The translations under genes were made by a program, and so were the position numbers. Positions 11,524-14,397 of a stretch of 14,397 nt of DNA are shown one piece after another. The stretch's first letter is position 1, and the number at the start of each line of letters is the position of its first letter. The notes under the pieces were generated by a model, which worked only from the letters and a program-made list of their open reading frames with translations, ran no database searches and was not told the origin of the DNA. Location: IMG/VR virus record IMGVR_UViG_2563366907_000012. The stretch is one strand, 5' to 3'. The DNA is from a virus. Lineage: Duplodnaviria; Heunggongvirae; Uroviricota; Caudoviricetes.

Positions 11524-14397
11524 ATGAGTAAAGTCTTTATTTGCGCCGCTATTCCTGACGAACTGGCAACAAGGGAAGAAGGCGCTGTGGCTGTAGCCAC
11601 AGCCATTGAAGCTGGCGACGAACGCCGTGCTCGAGCAAAATTTCACTGGCAATTCCTGGAACATTATCCGGCTGCTCAGGACTGCGCTTATAAATTTATT
11701 GTCTGCGAGGATAAACCTGGCATACCCCGCCCTGCCCTCGATTCATGGGATGCTGAATATATGCAGGAAAACCGCTGGGATGAGGAGTCTGCTTCTTTTG
11801 TCCCGGTTGAGACTGAATCCGATCCGATGAACGTCACTTTTGACAAGCTGGCCCCTGAAGTACAGAACGCTGTCATGGTTAAGTTCGACACATGTGAAAA
11901 CATCACCGTTGATATGGTTATTAGCGCACAGGAATTGTTGCAGGAAGACATGGCAACATTCGACGGACATATCGTTGAAGCGTTGATGAAAATGCCAGAA
12001 GTTAACGCCATGTATCCGGAGCTTAAGTTGCACGCCATTGGGTGGGTTAAGCATAAATGTATTCCTGGTGCTAAATGGCCCGAAATTCAGGCAGAGATGC
12101 GCATCTGGAAAAAACGTCGCGAAGGTGAACGCAAGGAAACCGGAAAATACACGTCTGTTGTTGATCTCGCCCGCGCCAGAGCCAATCAACAGTACACTGA
12201 AAATTCAACAGGAAAAATCAGCCCGGTCATTGCTGCCATTCATCGCGAATACAAGCAGACATGGAAAACACTGGATGACGAACTGGCCTACGCTCTCTGG
12301 CCTGGTGATGTGGATGCCGGAAACATTGACGGCAGCATCCATCGCTGGGCAAAAAAAGAAGTTATCGACAACGACCGCGAAGACTGGAAGCGTATCTCGG
12401 CATCAATGCGCAAACAGCCTGATGCCCTTCGCTACGACCGCCAAACTATTTTTGGCCTTGTCCGTGAGCGTCCGATCGACATTCACAAAGATCCCGTAGC
12501 ACTGAACAAATATATCTGCGAATACCTGACGACAAAGGGCGTGTTTGAGAATGAAGAAACAGACCTGGGCACTGTTGATGTTCTCCAGTCATCAGAAACA
12601 CAAACTGATGCAGTGGAAACTGAGGTATCTGATATCCCAAAAAATGAAACCGCGCCGGAAGCTGAACCATCTGTAGAGCGTGAGGGGCCGTTCTATTTCC
12701 TCTTCGCAGATAAGGACGGAGAAAAATACGGTCGCGCAAACAAACTCTCTGGTCTGGATAAGGCACTGGCTGCTGGCGCCACTGAAATCACAAAAGAAGA
12801 ATATTTTGCCCGAAAAAATGGCACATACACGGGCTTACCGCAAAATGTAGATACCGCTGAAGATTCAGAACAACCAGAGCCGATAAAAGTTACCGCTGAC
12901 GAAGTAAACAAAATTATGCAGGCAGCCAATATCAGCCAGCCTGACGCCGATAAGTTGCTTGCTGCATCACGTGGTGAATTTGTTGAAGGGATTAGTGACC
13001 CGAATGATCCGAAATGGGTTAAGGGGCTCCAGACCCGCGATTCTGTGAACCAGAACCAGCATGAATCGGAACGGAACTACCAAAAAGCGGAACAAAACAG
13101 TCCAAATGCGTTACAAAACGAGCCAGAAACGAAACAGCCTGAACCAGTAGCGCAACAGGAAGTGGAAAAAGTCTGCACCGCCTGCGGTCAGACCGGCGGC
13201 GGCAACTGCCCTGATTGTGGCGCGGTGATGGGCGACGCAACATACCAAGAAACATTCGATGAAGAGTATCAGGTTGAAGTTCAGGAAGATGATCCGGAGG
13301 AAATGGAAGGCGCTGAACATCCACACAAGGAGAACACTGGCGGCAATCAGCATCACGATAGCGATAATGAAACTGGCGAGACGGCAGATCACCCAATTAA
13401 GGTGAACGGTCATCACGAAATCACATCCACCAGCAGGACGTGTGACCATCTAATGATCGACCTTGAAACCATGGGAAAAAATCCTGATGCCCCGATCATC
13501 TCAATAGGTGCAATATTTTTCGATCCGCAAACCGGAGATATGGGACCGGAATTTAGTAAGACTATCGATCTGGAAACTGCTGGCGGAGTCATTGATCGGG
13601 ACACCATTAAATGGTGGCTTAAGCAATCACGCGAAGCGCAATCTGCCATTATGACCGATGAAATCCCGTTAGATGATGCACTGTTACAATTGCGAGAATT
13701 TATCGACGAAAACTCCGGTGAATTTTTTGTTCAGGTTTGGGGAAATGGAGCCAACTTCGACAACACGATTTTGCGCCGTTCATACGAACGGCAGGGGATC
13801 CCCTGCCCGTGGCGTTACTACAACGATCGCGATGTACGCACAATCGTTGAGCTGGGGAAAGCCATAGACTTCGATGCCAGAACGGCTATTCCATTCGAAG
13901 GTGAGCGCCATAATGCGCTTGATGACGCCCGTTACTGGGAACTGGAAAAAGATGAAGTGATAAGCCCACTGCCGGTTTATGCCTCAACCTTTGAAGGCTG
14001 GGACTCCCCTGAACGTAGTGCCTTCCCACTGCAACTGTTTGGTTTCCATTACAAATCCCGTACGCACTCGACCTACGGCAACATTGATGTCCTGAAGGCA
14101 GCCTGCCGTCAGGAAGTGTGGATCAACCCTATTGACGCACAGAAACGTGGGATTGCCAACGGCGATATGGTGCGGGTGTTTAACCATCGTGGCGAAGTTC
14201 GGCTACCAGCCAAAGTGACACCACGCATTCTCCCTGGGGTTAGCGCTATGGGCCAGGGAGCCTGGCACGAGGCCAATATGTCTGGCGATAAAATCGACCA
14301 CGGCGGCTGTGTGAATACGCTAACCACTCTGCGCCCTTCACCACTGGCGAAGGGAAACCCGCAGCACACTAATCTGGTCGAGATCGAAAAAATATAA
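11524..14397 (+). CDS. Large chimeric ORF: YdfE/RecE-like prophage protein (zinc ribbon plus DEDDh 3'-5' exonuclease domain) fused in frame to the C-terminus of a DmsA/YnfE/YnfF-family molybdoenzyme
   Basis: ATG at 11524 with GAGGT SD (track start 11488 is TTG). Features in order: CTACGQTGGGNCPDCG zinc ribbon (~13174..13221), acidic/His-rich linker, Exo I DLETMG, Exo II GNGANFD, Exo III HNALDDA (~13441..13930). From ~14010 on, FPLQLFGFHYKSRTHSTYGN ... GDMVRVFNHRGEV ... PSPLAKGNPQHTNLVEIEKI reads as a molybdopterin dinucleotide-binding domain. Stop is at the last base of the window. Confidence 0.7.
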   Translation: MSKVFICAAIPDELATREEGAVAVATAIEAGDERRARAKFHWQFLEHYPAAQDCAYKFIVCEDKPGIPRPALDSWDAEYMQENRWDEESASFVPVETESDPMNVTFDKLAPEVQNAVMVKFDTCENITVDMVISAQELLQEDMATFDGHIVEALMKMPEVNAMYPELKLHAIGWVKHKCIPGAKWPEIQAEMRIWKKRREGERKETGKYTSVVDLARARANQQYTENSTGKISPVIAAIHREYKQTWKTLDDELAYALWPGDVDAGNIDGSIHRWAKKEVIDNDREDWKRISASMRKQPDALRYDRQTIFGLVRERPIDIHKDPVALNKYICEYLTTKGVFENEETDLGTVDVLQSSETQTDAVETEVSDIPKNETAPEAEPSVEREGPFYFLFADKDGEKYGRANKLSGLDKALAAGATEITKEEYFARKNGTYTGLPQNVDTAEDSEQPEPIKVTADEVNKIMQAANISQPDADKLLAASRGEFVEGISDPNDPKWVKGLQTRDSVNQNQHESERNYQKAEQNSPNALQNEPETKQPEPVAQQEVEKVCTACGQTGGGNCPDCGAVMGDATYQETFDEEYQVEVQEDDPEEMEGAEHPHKENTGGNQHHDSDNETGETADHPIKVNGHHEITSTSRTCDHLMIDLETMGKNPDAPIISIGAIFFDPQTGDMGPEFSKTIDLETAGGVIDRDTIKWWLKQSREAQSAIMTDEIPLDDALLQLREFIDENSGEFFVQVWGNGANFDNTILRRSYERQGIPCPWRYYNDRDVRTIVELGKAIDFDARTAIPFEGERHNALDDARYWELEKDEVISPLPVYASTFEGWDSPERSAFPLQLFGFHYKSRTHSTYGNIDVLKAACRQEVWINPIDAQKRGIANGDMVRVFNHRGEVRLPAKVTPRILPGVSAMGQGAWHEANMSGDKIDHGGCVNTLTTLRPSPLAKGNPQHTNLVEIEKI

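Noticed and set aside
11606-13649. Multiple 60-150 aa ORFs on both strands inside the large plus-strand ORF
   Set aside because: All are embedded in or antisense to the long continuous exonuclease ORF; products are low-complexity (Ser/Cys/Arg-rich) with no start signals.
1-14397. Looked for tRNA/rRNA genes, CRISPR repeat-spacer arrays, IS terminal inverted repeats, integrase/excisionase genes and att core repeats
   Set aside because: None recognisable by eye. The only regular short repeats are the O-gene iterons and operator palindromes. The lack of an integrase is itself part of the fusion finding.

Overview
This window reads as the early/regulatory half of a lambdoid (Qin-like) prophage from an Escherichia/Shigella-type chromosome, ending in an in-frame fusion to the 3' end of a DMSO-reductase-family gene. 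All calls are from reading the sequence and from recalled protein families; no searches were run. Lambda-equivalent rightward genes lie on the minus strand as a tightly packed operon with overlapping stops and starts: cro-like, YdaT-like, O-like initiator with internal iterons, DnaC-like loader, a run of small accessory ORFs, a hok/sok type I toxin locus, a DUF968 HNH-like protein, RusA and the 5' part of a Q antiterminator. The plus strand carries a P22 C2-like repressor, then ydfA-ydfB-ydfC-dicF-dicB-ydfD, then one large ORF (11524..14397). That ORF has a phage-type N-terminal region, a zinc ribbon and a DEDDh exonuclease domain, and its last ~140 residues are the molybdopterin-binding C-terminus of a DmsA/YnfE/YnfF-type reductase, with no integrase or att site between. 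Other points worth checking are the repressor's Ala at the catalytic Ser position (GDAM), three GTAAC-N4-GTTAC operator palindromes, and two adjacent highly acidic small proteins. No tRNA, rRNA, CRISPR array, IS element or integrase was seen.
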